64,000 nt of DNA from Porphyridium purpureum (lineage: Eukaryota). Positions 1 through 10,487 of this stretch are shown here, one piece after another. Below the pieces are notes generated by a model. The model ran no database searches. It saw only the letters and a program-made list of their open reading frames with translations, and was not told the DNA's origin. Location: NCBI GenBank assembly GCA_008690995.1, contig VRMN01000011.1, forward strand, positions 1 to 64,000, given 5' to 3'. The position numbers and the translations under genes are program-made. Each line of letters opens with the position of its first letter. Position 1 is the stretch's first letter.

Positions 1-756
1 CCTCCTCACCTTCCTGCCTACCCCACGTCGTTCTCATAACTCATCTCCTGCCGCCGCAATGGGCTCCGGCCCGCCATTCATACAAACCAGGCCGCCGTCG
101 TATTCACACCCACCCACACTGTACCTCCACCTCTCTATCAAACCACTCCCAAATCATCACACCTTCCGGTTTCCCACCCTTCGATTCGCGCGACCTGTAC
201 TTCACCGCACAACCCTCGATCTAACTGGTGCTTTGCAGCTCGCGCCGCCAACCCTCATCCTAACCCTGTGTAGCGGTGGCCGCACTGTACTTCTGTCGTG
301 CGGAGGGTGTACAGTAAGTGTACCTGCGGCTGTTGGCGGTGGAGCGATGTCCAGCAACGCACGCTTTCCCGCCCACGCACTGACACACGGAGCTCGCGCG
401 CGGTGTTTCCGATCGCACGGGCGCAATTGCCCGACGCGAGTGGAATCTGAACGAGTTGCGGTGGGAGGAAAAAGACAGAACGGAAAGGGCACGCAGGAGG
501 GAGAAAGAATTGCGCAACTTCCGGTGGAACGTGGTAGCGGGAGAACAAGCGCGAGGACCGCATTAGTCGCCGTCCCACCAAGAGGAAATATCTGTACGGA
601 TTGTGCGGAGGCAGCTAGCGGAGGAGTGGAGAGATTGGTTTGGACGAGGAGCCCGCACGTCGAAGCGGCAAGAGGCGGCGTCGCTCGAGTTAGGTTGGCG
701 CGGGAAAGGGCCGGGGGTGATTGGGCTGGCTTGGGTCGGTGGGTGACCGAGCAAGC

Positions 757-2280
757 ATGGCATTGGAGCGGCGTGGGAAGGCCAGCGTGGCGTTCTTGAG
801 TGGCGGAGGGTTTCGAGGGGGGAATGTAGCGCATGGTGGAGACGGAGGCGATTTCTCGCGCGCGAATGTGGCACGGCTGACCCGGCGTGGGTTGAGGCGG
901 TACAAGACAAATGGAAAGGCTTCGGGAGTGCAGCAGAGAGATGACGACGGAATACATATGGTTCCGGTCGCCAGGCCAGATCAGAGATGCGCCGGCGTGC
1001 GAACGCTGTTCGGACAAAGTCGACCGGCTGACGTGCCATCGTCACGGACAAGATTGATCCCGCTGCCTGCGACCCGGCTTCGTATGTCGGCGACAGATCA
1101 GGCCGAACCTGCGGCGCCCACTAGTGTGTCTGCGAACCCGATGAAAATTGCCGTGCTGGGAGCGACAGGAGGAGTTGGCTTCTTCATTCTCTCGGCGTTG
1201 CTGAGAGAGTCCACGCGCAGGCAGATGCAGCTGGTCGCTTTGGTTCGTGACGTTCAAAAAGCGCGCGGCATTTTCCAGCAGTTGGATCAGAGCAGCCAGA
1301 TCGACTACCGCGCCGTGGACACGACCAGCATGCCGATGCAGCAGCTGCAGAGCAGTCTGGCGGATATCGACGTGCTCGTCATGGCGACCGGTACCACTGC
1401 CTTCCCCAGCAAAGCGTGGAAAGGGGGCAACTCGCCTGTCCGAGTAGATGCAGAAGGCGTGGAGCGCGTGGTTGCTGCTTTGCCGAAGGATGCTGTGAAG
1501 CGCGTCGTACTGCTTTCATCCGTCGGTGTACTGCGCAAGTCTAGTTTTCCATTTTCAATTCTGAATCTGTTCGGCGTGCTGGATGCCAAGCGACGCGGCG
1601 AACAAGCACTCGCCGCGGCCGCACGCCAGAACGGATTCGAGTATACGGTTGTTCGCCTCGGCCGCCTGGTGGGAGCTCCGTTCACAAACGTGGGTGCTAT
1701 CCGCAAAGACCCCGATGAGGCCAAAAGTGCCGTCTCACTGAAGCTGGGCGACTCGCTCGCTGGCGACCTTGCGCGAAGCCGAGCAGGCGAGGTCGTGGCG
1801 AGGAGTATCTTCGAGCCTAGCGCAGCAGACAAGGAGTTTTGCGCGGTAGACACAGAAGGCGCATATCCGTCCAGCGATGAAGAGTGGCATGAATTGTTCG
1901 AGGGTCTTGAGCGCCCGAATGAGGTTCTGCGGATCGAATATAACAGTTTGAACGTAGCCAAAATGCGAACCTGGCTCGCACAGTGGAGTGGCGCGGTGCT
2001 CACGTCGGGCGCCCTTTTCCCGCCGCTACCTGAGCCTGTGCGCTTTGATCCCACCGAAAGCGGATGCATGCTCACCTTTCTGGACGTGACGAATGGTGCA
2101 GTGAGGCCGCGTGGGGCGCTCAACATCACATTGCAGGAGCCTACTCCTTCACGAAAGGCAGCCATGGTAGTATTTCGTGAGCCTCTGCTGATGGATTCAC
2201 CATTTCGAGGGGAAAGGCAGATCTTGGAACAGCTCAAGCAGGACCTTGCAAACGTTTCTCGGTATACTCCGGAGGCATGA
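757..2280 (+). CDS. Plastid-targeted NAD(P)-binding Rossmann protein (atypical SDR, Tic62/NmrA-like) with an extra C-terminal domain
   Basis: KIAVLGATGGVG dinucleotide-binding motif, VLLSSVGV, YTVVRLGRL; Arg/Ser/Ala-rich N-terminus with AF motif (transit peptide); first in-frame ATG at 757. Confidence 0.8.
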   Translation: MALERRGKASVAFLSGGGFRGGNVAHGGDGGDFSRANVARLTRRGLRRYKTNGKASGVQQRDDDGIHMVPVARPDQRCAGVRTLFGQSRPADVPSSRTRLIPLPATRLRMSATDQAEPAAPTSVSANPMKIAVLGATGGVGFFILSALLRESTRRQMQLVALVRDVQKARGIFQQLDQSSQIDYRAVDTTSMPMQQLQSSLADIDVLVMATGTTAFPSKAWKGGNSPVRVDAEGVERVVAALPKDAVKRVVLLSSVGVLRKSSFPFSILNLFGVLDAKRRGEQALAAAARQNGFEYTVVRLGRLVGAPFTNVGAIRKDPDEAKSAVSLKLGDSLAGDLARSRAGEVVARSIFEPSAADKEFCAVDTEGAYPSSDEEWHELFEGLERPNEVLRIEYNSLNVAKMRTWLAQWSGAVLTSGALFPPLPEPVRFDPTESGCMLTFLDVTNGAVRPRGALNITLQEPTPSRKAAMVVFREPLLMDSPFRGERQILEQLKQDLANVSRYTPEA

Positions 2281-2515
2281 GAACCTTTCTTTGTCTCTAT
2301 CTCAAGAGTAGGTGAACTGCCTAAGGCCGACTGGGTTGGGGCAGCAGATGCATCTGCCGAGGACGTCGTTTGGCGCAATCGACTGAATTTGCACGAGGCG
2401 AGACGGTTGGATTTCTATTCTCCTCCAGGCAGTAGAGCGCTGAAACGACGGCAAAAAGTACAAAGTCTGTAATTGCAAAACTTATCTTAGTGTAAAGACT
2501 CGCCTATGCTAGCTC

Positions 2516-4420
2516 TCACGCGCTAGTGTGTTTCCGAGCCATCTTATCATATATTAAGCCGAAAGCTTCGGTTGCATGGTACTTCTCGCGCATCTTGAAG
2601 TAATGCTCGTGGTTGAACATCTGAAGAAACTCCTCACGCGATTGGTACGTGTCTGCGTACATCATTTGGAAGCCGTGATTCCTCAGAAGATAGTTTTCGA
2701 CCTCACGCATCACCGATTTCATGTTAAAGTCCTTCTTCTTCTCAAGAGCGCCGCGCGCAAAGCCATAGAGCCCAATATCCACATACATTTCGTACTGCCC
2801 GATTTCGTCCTCCGCGTTACAATCGACCGGGTCGCGCAAGAAGGCCGTGCCACCACTGTTGTAGTGTTTATGTGGGCACAGCCAGATCGGATAGATGCCC
2901 ATTTTGTCGTCGAGAAACTCGAGCTGCGCCTGCAGCCCTTTCAGCGGAAGAAGAAAGTCCTGCGCGACGTGCATACTCTCGTAAGTAGACTGCATGCCTT
3001 CCGTCTGCGTTAGCTTCAAAAACGAGACCTTGGGTGGCACCAGCCAGCCAAACAAATACCGAAAGAAAGGATGGTTGCCACCGGGAATGATGTGCTCAAG
3101 TTCCCAAAAGATTGACTTGGTGTGTCGATGATAATAGTCCCGGATCGGAACGAACTCCTCTGCGAAATCAGCACCGGACTCGAGGATTTCCTCGACGTGT
3201 TTGTAGAACCACGGCATGTAAAAGCGTCCAATCTCGTTGCGCGCGCCAGGAACCACTTGGTCTTCGTCTACCATATCGCCCTCCATCACAACCATCGTGT
3301 CTCTGGAGAACGCTAGCGACTCGACAAAGTCTGGCTTCTCCGCGCCATCGCACAGCGCACGAAACTTGCTCACACCTTTCTCGAGCGAGCGCGCTGGATG
3401 ATACCGAAGCCGGACCCACGGCTTGCACGGCACAACAATAAGCTTGACTGACACAAGGAAGCCAAGCGTGCCGTACGACCACGGCAGAGCGTGGAAAAGG
3501 TCCGCATACTCGTTGTCCCGTCGCACAAATATGCGCTCGCTGTTGCCCAGAACGACCTCATACTCCTCGACCATTTCACTGAACAGGCCGTACTTGTGGC
3601 ATGATGTTTCAATGCCAACACCCATAAGCAAGCCACCGACAGTGAGGTCGTCCATCTCCGGCAAAATCGGTAGCGTCCAACCCCGCGGGTTCAGGAAATG
3701 GCTTATTTGGCCCATACTCACCATGGGCTCCACCCAGATGGAGCCGCGCGTTGCGCTCGCAGTCTCTTGTCCGCCACTGCCCGATCCCGGGCCAGTGATG
3801 GGCTGCACCTCGCCCAGGATGTCATACATGGAGATCGAGATTTGGGCGGAACTCTGCTTGTATGTGCGGTAGTCCATGCTGATTGATAGCCAGCCCGGTC
3901 GCGCCGTGCATAGCCGTTTCGGGCCCTTGCCGGCTTTTGCATTTGCAACGGCCAAGGCCACTTGGCGCTGGACGTCCAGAACGCGCTCTTCGTGAAGCTC
4001 TGGTGCCGAGTAGAGCTTGAAAATGATGTACGACCGAATTTGCATCGCGCAGTCGAACATCAGGGAAAGCGGGAGCACAAAGATCACCACAAAGGGCGCG
4101 CGATATCTTGTGATGACGTCGGTCAGAACCTCCCACACGCCCATCACCCTGAGCAGATCGATCACGGCCGAGCCCAGCGGAATCATGATCTGCGTCATCA
4201 CCTGCAGCACCACGGTCACCCACTGCAACGCGACATACAACACACTACTTGTTGCACCGCCATGTCGCGTCGTCGTCGTCGTCGTTGTCGTCGTCGTCGT
4301 CGCGTGCCCGCGGGCTCCTCCATTCATCCTAGCTTTCCCACTCATCCCCGTACCCCACCCCCGTACCCCACCCTTCCCACCTCGCACCCCGATCGCGACC
4401 CTACTACCGCTGCTTCCCAC
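2516..4420 (-). CDS. DHCR24: Delta(24)-sterol reductase (DHCR24/DWF1 family FAD oxidoreductase); 5' end uncertain
   Basis: LCTARPGWLSIS, VEPMVSMGQ, LPEMDDLTVGGLLMGVGIETS, PWSYGTLGFLV, YYHRHTKSIFWE, GFQMMYAD motifs. The ORF start is GTG; the true start may be an ATG at 4427 followed by an intron (4424-4223), or a downstream ATG. Confidence 0.93.
   Translation of the reverse strand: MGSSGSRVAIGVRGGKGGVRGWGTGMSGKARMNGGARGHATTTTTTTTTTTRHGGATSSVLYVALQWVTVVLQVMTQIMIPLGSAVIDLLRVMGVWEVLTDVITRYRAPFVVIFVLPLSLMFDCAMQIRSYIIFKLYSAPELHEERVLDVQRQVALAVANAKAGKGPKRLCTARPGWLSISMDYRTYKQSSAQISISMYDILGEVQPITGPGSGSGGQETASATRGSIWVEPMVSMGQISHFLNPRGWTLPILPEMDDLTVGGLLMGVGIETSCHKYGLFSEMVEEYEVVLGNSERIFVRRDNEYADLFHALPWSYGTLGFLVSVKLIVVPCKPWVRLRYHPARSLEKGVSKFRALCDGAEKPDFVESLAFSRDTMVVMEGDMVDEDQVVPGARNEIGRFYMPWFYKHVEEILESGADFAEEFVPIRDYYHRHTKSIFWELEHIIPGGNHPFFRYLFGWLVPPKVSFLKLTQTEGMQSTYESMHVAQDFLLPLKGLQAQLEFLDDKMGIYPIWLCPHKHYNSGGTAFLRDPVDCNAEDEIGQYEMYVDIGLYGFARGALEKKKDFNMKSVMREVENYLLRNHGFQMMYADTYQSREEFLQMFNHEHYFKMREKYHATEAFGLIYDKMARKHTSA
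4268..4302. repeat. (CGT/ACG)n microsatellite
   Basis: About 11 trinucleotide units with one interruption. Confidence 0.9.
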
Positions 4421-4781
4421 TCACCATATGGCACGTCCACCAGCACCATCCACAAGCGCACTTCCCTCCTCCTGCACTCCCCGCTCTTCCCCTTCCTCCT
4501 CTCTCTCTCTCCGTCCCTCTCTCTTCCGTGTCGTTCCCCACAGCCCAACATCCACACACCTTACGCCCGTCACCGCCTGTTCATAGCAAAAGACCGCTTC
4601 CCACATACAAACGTCCGGTCTTCATCCATCCATCCATCGATCCTGATCCGCAACTCCTTCACGCGCTTCAGAAACCAAAACCCACTGTACACTCACTGTA
4701 CATTTCCCGCAATCCACCACTGAAGAAGAAGAGGGGGGGCTCGGTTCCGGGAATTCGTATTAATTAAGTTTGCGTTAAATA

Positions 4782-7133
4782 ATGGCGCGAGTGGATAGAG
4801 ACATGTGCAGCGCGGGTGTACTGTTACGTGTACAGTTTGAGGTTGACGAAACGCCGGGTCGAGTTTTTTTCGGTTGGTGCGCCCCGCGGGAAGAAGAAGG
4901 GGGAGGAGGAATGGGGGTGGACATGGATGGAGTGGATGAGGAGATAGAAGCAATGGTCAGAGGAAGAGCGGGCGCTTGGGTTGTTCCGAGTGCCGCGCAA
5001 GTGGCTGTCAAGTCGAGGGTCGCGACTGCGCGAGCGGGCTGGAGGAATGCTGCGCCAGATGCGGTGCGCGCAGCGCTGTGCGGACGGTCCGACAGGCGAC
5101 AATCGAAACGCGGCGTCCGAATGTGCGTTTCAGAATTGGGGAAGCACGCTCGGCTCATAGGGACGCAGGAGAAGACAAGCCATCGACAGGTGTACAGAAA
5201 GACCAAGACAAAACGCGCTTTTCATGAAAGGGTCCGACAAATGGAGACGTTCGTGAAAAGCGCACCGGACAAATATCAGCGCATGCAGCGATTCTGCGCG
5301 TTGCTGCAGCTCGTACAGTCGGATACAACACATTTCTTATCCGGATCAGTGGACGAACGTGAGTCATCGACAGAGCTCGCGCTTGGTTCAGATGATCCTG
5401 ACAGAGATGGCACAGAAGTGAAACAGCAAGGTCGCTCCCTGAGCGAGCTCATCGTTCTCTTGCGCGCGGTGTGTCACGTGTTGGCTTCCACGCGCGCTAA
5501 ATCTCAGCACGAGGAGATGCGCAGAATACTCCGTGAGTCTGGGTTCCTCGAGCATTGGAGTACGGGCGCACTCTGTTGCCTAGACAATTCCCGCGCGCAG
5601 GTGCATCCCGTGCAACTGTGTTCCTTGCTCAATGCGTTTGGAAAGCTGGAAGTAGCTCCCCCACCAAAGCTTTTGGACGCCCTGCAATCTGCCTGCATGC
5701 CCTTTCGCCGATTTGACGCGCGTGGGCTCGCCAACGTCATTTGGAGTTTTGCGCGATTCGGAATTCGGCCGCGGGCAGAAGTTTTGGACGATTGGTGCAG
5801 TGCATGTGAGGCTCACATGACCGCCATGAATAGCTTGGAGCTAGCTCAGATTATTTGGGCATGTGCAAAGCTCGAGCTGAATCTCCCAGGCACTCTTCGC
5901 CAGTCCTGGACCTGTCACTTTCAAGAAGTGGCCCATCAACTTCAGGCTCAGCACTTATCGATGACCATGTGGGCATTCGCAGTCATGTACATGGAGTCAT
6001 CGCAAAAGTTGGATGCTTTCACGAAAGACTCGGTACGTGTATGCCTCGAGCAGTTTCCACGCCTTTCTGTAGATCTGAAGGCCCAGGAATGCTCAACCAT
6101 CCTGTGGGCCTGCGCGCGGTTGCGCTTGAACGTGACCGACGATTTCCAAAATTGCTGGTACGCCATGTTTGTACGCCTGGCGTCTGAAATGAGTCTTCAG
6201 TCGCTGAGTAACTCTATTTGGGCGTTTGCGAGGCTGGATTGGAAGCCTACGGGCCGCCCCGCGAACGAATTACTCGCTGCGCTTTCCCGTACCGAAGTCT
6301 TGCTCAGCGCATCTCCACCGGCTCTTGCCACCATCATGTGGTCGTTTGGAAAGATGAAATGGCAGATGCCGCGTGAGCTTGTGCAGAAATGGCATGAATT
6401 AGCCAAACGACAGGTCAAGCAGTTTAACAGTCAAGCCGCGGTGTCATCAATATGGGGCATGAGTGCACTGAACATATCTCGCACGAATGAGAATGTCTTC
6501 TCGTTTTGGATGGCGACTGCCCTGCGTCAAATTCCTCACATGAATGGAAAGGAGCTCACTTGTCTTCTTACCTCGATCGCAAGGACGCAATACGTGCTGC
6601 CGCGCCTTTCTCTACTTCGGATCCAGCATGCTTTTTTGAGGTTGGAGCGTTCGGAAACCGCGTCCTCGCAAACGCTGGCAAGCTTCATGTGGGCCTTTGC
6701 GCGACTCAAAGTGCGACCAGAGCCTGCGGTGCTCCGTGAATGGAGCGATCGCGTGTCCTTGTGTGTTCCCTCATTCTCACTGCAAGCGGTAGTCATTTCG
6801 CTTTGGTCCATGGCTCGGCTGAATGTTTCGGTTGCTCCGTCATTGACCGAGAAGCTGATGGCCCGCTTCGAGCAGCTCGCACACCACACGAACTTCCAAG
6901 ACGTCACGTTGATCATGTGGGCGCTTGCGAAACTGGATGTGAATGTGACTGAATCATTTTACGCAAGATGGAACGAAGCATTCAAGCGGGAGCTTGTGGC
7001 GGCAACAAATTTGGGCCAGACCCAGTCACTTGACATGATCAAGTGGGCCATGGAAAAGTTGAGCGAGAAGCTTTTTGTTAGAGATATCCTACTGGGCGTG
7101 CGTGTCGCGAAAATGGACGAGATGCAAATGTAA
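4782..7133 (+). CDS. Octotricopeptide-repeat (OPR, Tbc2-like) helical-repeat organellar RNA-binding protein; start uncertain
   Basis: More than 10 repeats of about 38 aa: LANVIWSFARFG, LAQIIWACAKL, LSNSIWAFARL, LATIMWSFGKM, LASFMWAFARL, VTLIMWALAKL. Confidence 0.8.
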   Translation: MARVDRDMCSAGVLLRVQFEVDETPGRVFFGWCAPREEEGGGGMGVDMDGVDEEIEAMVRGRAGAWVVPSAAQVAVKSRVATARAGWRNAAPDAVRAALCGRSDRRQSKRGVRMCVSELGKHARLIGTQEKTSHRQVYRKTKTKRAFHERVRQMETFVKSAPDKYQRMQRFCALLQLVQSDTTHFLSGSVDERESSTELALGSDDPDRDGTEVKQQGRSLSELIVLLRAVCHVLASTRAKSQHEEMRRILRESGFLEHWSTGALCCLDNSRAQVHPVQLCSLLNAFGKLEVAPPPKLLDALQSACMPFRRFDARGLANVIWSFARFGIRPRAEVLDDWCSACEAHMTAMNSLELAQIIWACAKLELNLPGTLRQSWTCHFQEVAHQLQAQHLSMTMWAFAVMYMESSQKLDAFTKDSVRVCLEQFPRLSVDLKAQECSTILWACARLRLNVTDDFQNCWYAMFVRLASEMSLQSLSNSIWAFARLDWKPTGRPANELLAALSRTEVLLSASPPALATIMWSFGKMKWQMPRELVQKWHELAKRQVKQFNSQAAVSSIWGMSALNISRTNENVFSFWMATALRQIPHMNGKELTCLLTSIARTQYVLPRLSLLRIQHAFLRLERSETASSQTLASFMWAFARLKVRPEPAVLREWSDRVSLCVPSFSLQAVVISLWSMARLNVSVAPSLTEKLMARFEQLAHHTNFQDVTLIMWALAKLDVNVTESFYARWNEAFKRELVAATNLGQTQSLDMIKWAMEKLSEKLFVRDILLGVRVAKMDEMQM

Positions 7134-7239
7134 GAGGGGAAAGAAAGAAAAAGCATCTGAGAATTCGCTGCTACATACTTTTCACGAAACTAATGCCATC
7201 ACATTGGGCCCACCTAAAGGCTCCGAAGAAAGTCCTAAG

Positions 7240-8049
7240 TCACTGAGTGTGTTTGCTAATGATGGCATTCAACCTCTGCACATGCGCATTGTCGATGAGA
7301 TCCTTTTCCTGCCAGTAGCGGCGGAACTCATCTTGAAGGGCACGAGCAACGTGCGACGCGCGACCATTCGCAGAAGGAGTCTGAGCGGCAGGTGGTCTTT
7401 GGTTGAGGTCATCCATGTACGCGTTGGCAGCCTGGTTTGAGGATTGGAATCTCAGAGCGCGAGCAGCCGCCTCCACTTGCTCAATTTTTTGCTCAAGCTG
7501 CTCGCGGCGGTCTTCTGGGATTTCTGCACTTTGACTCGACTCCGAATGCGCAGTGAACGGAATTCCACGGGGGATTTCAGCTGCGGCCGGCGGCGGACGA
7601 GAAACCGCGGCGGGCGCTGAAGTCGAGTTTGGCTCCGGTTTGTCACCACTCGGTGGTGGTGGTGGTCGAGGTCGCGGCGGCGGTGGCGAAGACGGCTTCG
7701 CCGCCTCGGACTTTGGCATCGACGTCGCCGCTGGCCGTGCCAATGTATCGTGATAGTCGCTCGTGTGCTTAATTTTCGTCTTCATGTGACGCCGAGTACG
7801 CTTCGCAATCTCTTGAACGATGGCCATCATCTCCGCGCGCGTAGGCGCGGCAAGCAAACGCCGCATTTCCTCCTTCGTTGCCTCTGGGATCATCATACCC
7901 AGCTCCTCTTCACCTAACCCTGACATCCTCACGGCACGCACGCCATGCCGGACATAGACATCCTTCCTCGTGGCGCACGCGCGCCTCTGCACTTGCGCAC
8001 TTCTTCCCAGCAGCCCTGCCGCTCCAGACACGAAAAAGGGCGACGCCAT
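7240..8049 (-). CDS. Hypothetical plastid-targeted protein with a Pro-rich linker
   Basis: ATG 8049 MASPFFVSG...RAVRM transit-peptide-like N-terminus; helical N- and C-terminal blocks. Confidence 0.6.
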   Translation of the reverse strand: MASPFFVSGAAGLLGRSAQVQRRACATRKDVYVRHGVRAVRMSGLGEEELGMMIPEATKEEMRRLLAAPTRAEMMAIVQEIAKRTRRHMKTKIKHTSDYHDTLARPAATSMPKSEAAKPSSPPPPRPRPPPPPSGDKPEPNSTSAPAAVSRPPPAAAEIPRGIPFTAHSESSQSAEIPEDRREQLEQKIEQVEAAARALRFQSSNQAANAYMDDLNQRPPAAQTPSANGRASHVARALQDEFRRYWQEKDLIDNAHVQRLNAIISKHTQ

Positions 8050-8373
8050 CACGCAGCTCGTCACACGCCGTCAGTCCCCTTGCTCTCGTGCGACCATCCC
8101 GCGATTTCCACGTCAAAATCGGCTAATTCAATGCACGGAACTTTTTTTACGAGCTCGTCCGGTACATGTTCGGCGTCAAGAGCCATTCAGATCGCGCGGC
8201 GATCTCATCTTCTTGTCCATGCCTCGGTCTATCTGCAGCGGAACACTTATGCGCGTTAACAAGGAACATAGGCTTTCGGCAAAGCAGCTTACCTAGCATT
8301 CGTCTGGCTTCTCTTCACATCCGTCTCTACGAATGTTTTGCTCACAGCCGGCAAGACCTACAGACTCTCGATT

Positions 8374-9177
8374 TTATTGCCTCAGGTACTTGACGCACAG
8401 ATGGACAGAACCAACCGCAACACACACGAGCGGAATCCACGCATAGCTTATCATGATCATTGCGTTTGTCGCAAACTCGATGTCTGACGCCTCATTTATG
8501 CAGGGAAAGGGTTCCTCAGGAAAACATTTCTCCAGAAACGGGCACAGCGGTGCCCAGCCCTCCTTCACATTGAAAACCAGCAACTGCTCTGATGGGACTG
8601 TCGCACACACCTGGGCATTGTGCGCTTCATATTGGGTTTCTAACCAACCTTCTGGTTTAGCTTTCCAGCCGCGGATCAGCTCACCGGGCGGTAGACCAAG
8701 ATGAGTGCCCATGAGTGAGCGCATCGTCTTCCAATGGCGCATGAATGGAATCCACTGGATAAATGTCGGGTAGCTCAACGAGAAGGATCTCTCCTGCACA
8801 TCAATAAACCGCGCAAGCGTCTTCCACGAAGCCGCCCACTGTTCTGGACTATCGCGCACCGTCAGCACAACTTTGGCTCCGGGAAATTTCCGCAATTGCT
8901 CCGCATACAGGTCCGCGGTGGGCTGGTCACAGGTGGCCGAGTACCCTGAATCTGCAATCAAGCCCAGGACGTCATCACTACTTGTCTTGCCGTCAGCATA
9001 CGCAGCCCAGAGCGCGGCATGTTCGGGAAGCACAAAGTGATACGTGCGGTAACCCAACATCTCCAGCGCGGCCTTCAACGACATTGTGCCTGTGCGTCCA
9101 AGCCCAGCTCCTATCACGCGAATCGCGTTTGCTTCGGACAATGTCGAGTCATCCATCTTTTTTACCTTGCCGTTCAT
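8374..9177 (-). CDS. Sulfotransferase family protein (Sulfotransfer_4-like) with a C-terminal TM helix
   Basis: RVIGAGLGRTGTMSLKAALEMLGY, AKVVLTVRD, LLVFNVKEGWAPLCPFL, PFPCIN. Confidence 0.88.
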   Translation of the reverse strand: MNGKVKKMDDSTLSEANAIRVIGAGLGRTGTMSLKAALEMLGYRTYHFVLPEHAALWAAYADGKTSSDDVLGLIADSGYSATCDQPTADLYAEQLRKFPGAKVVLTVRDSPEQWAASWKTLARFIDVQERSFSLSYPTFIQWIPFMRHWKTMRSLMGTHLGLPPGELIRGWKAKPEGWLETQYEAHNAQVCATVPSEQLLVFNVKEGWAPLCPFLEKCFPEEPFPCINEASDIEFATNAMIMISYAWIPLVCVAVGSVHLCVKYLRQ

Positions 9178-10112
9178 GTCGCCGCTCGATGCCGGCCCTC
9201 ATCACTGCCCAGTTGCACGCAACGTCAAGCTCCTCTGCCCTTCATGCTAAACGTCTCGTGCCCTTCCGCGGCCCACATCAGTCAAGTCCTCTTGATCAAA
9301 CTGCTCCACTCGGCTAAACCAGTTTAACGCTTATAACCATTAACCCGTTAACCCAATAAACCATGAAACCATTAAGAAAATGAAACCACGCAGGTTTGTT
9401 TCGAGGCTCGGGGCGCATGTTCGCAGCGCTGCGAGCGTGGGGAGCCAATTGCAAAAGGCACGTCAAGAGAGAGGAGCGCGCCGAATGCCGGAGCAGCATC
9501 GGGTGTGGCGGCGGCTCGTTGCGGAGCTTCTTACACAAGTAACGCTGACAGCCTGGCTCGAGCCTATGGTTGAAATTCTGTAAAGCGCGAAAACAATTCT
9601 TTCGGTCCGAGCAGGTCCAACCTTGGAAGGACTCCGCGCCCGCATCGCACGCGAGGGAGCGCGCAATATTGGTGCACGCAGCGGGTTCTCGGCTAGACTC
9701 TTGGAGACAGAAGAGCGCGCGCGGGAGGTTTGATCGATCACCTAGCAGCGTCGACAGCAAGTATTTCGCGCAACACGGACACGGACACGCAAAATTGCTA
9801 CACAGCCACTGAGGGACGAGCAAACAGTGTCGAGCGTACGCGCGCGGGTGGGACAAAGAACAGTGAACGGCGGGGAGAGCGAGCTAGACGGCAATGCTGT
9901 GTTTGTTGTTGGTTCGCAGGAGGTGCGCGACGCTCGCTGCATCCACTGCACGACAAGCACTTGAACTGGTGAAGCAGAGGAGCGCGCGAAATGTGGAATC
10001 GATCGGCCCGAGATGGAGAGCGGCCCCCGGACGAGACGGGAGCGCGTTTGCGACAGGAGGATGCCGAGGACTGATCACAGTGTTGAGGAGTGAGCGGCAA
10101 CCAGGGAGATCG

Positions 10113-10457
10113 ATGGGTTTGCAGCAGTGCTTGATGACAAGCTTGACCGCGGCGACGCCGGTGCAGCGCGTGTTCGTGCGATCAGTCGGGATAGGGAGAA
10201 AGGGCAAGTGGAAGACGCACACGGGGTGCAAGGATCGCTTTGATGTGCTCCCGAGCATGCTAGTGCGCACGCGGGGGAGATCCTATACGGCGCATAAGAT
10301 GTCCAAAAAGTCACGGCGGAGGCGGCAGCGGCTCCGTCAGCCGCTCATTCTGAATCGGCTGCAGTCGAATAAGATCCTAGCTCTTCTTGGCAGGAAGTCC
10401 GCAAAACGATACAAGGTGAAGGATGGGCCCGGGACCACCAAGAAGGCCCGGACATAA
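10113..10457 (+). CDS. MRPL35: Organellar (probably mitochondrial) ribosomal protein bL35
   Basis: KWKTHTGCKDRF...AHKMSKKSRRRRQRLRQ...KILALL matches the L35 pattern K.KTH.g..KRF...H...KKS....RLR; short presequence; ATG 10113. Confidence 0.72.
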   Translation: MGLQQCLMTSLTAATPVQRVFVRSVGIGRKGKWKTHTGCKDRFDVLPSMLVRTRGRSYTAHKMSKKSRRRRQRLRQPLILNRLQSNKILALLGRKSAKRYKVKDGPGTTKKART

Positions 10458-10487
10458 GTAGAAATTTTGGATTACAGATCTTCCCTT

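Noticed and set aside
59..1051. Overlapping ORFs 59-799 (+), 202-1017 (-) and 563-1051 (-)
   Set aside because: No recognisable domains; they span a promoter-like region and the transit peptide of the gene at 757, as expected by chance in GC-rich DNA
1305..2378. Long antisense ORFs here and at 23581-24594, 25548-26564, 38329-39015, 59508-60389 and 62536-63348
   Set aside because: Shadow frames of well-supported genes on the opposite strand
9380..10100. Several short ORFs between the sulfotransferase and L35
   Set aside because: No motifs or consistent coding signal; treated as divergent intergenic/UTR sequence
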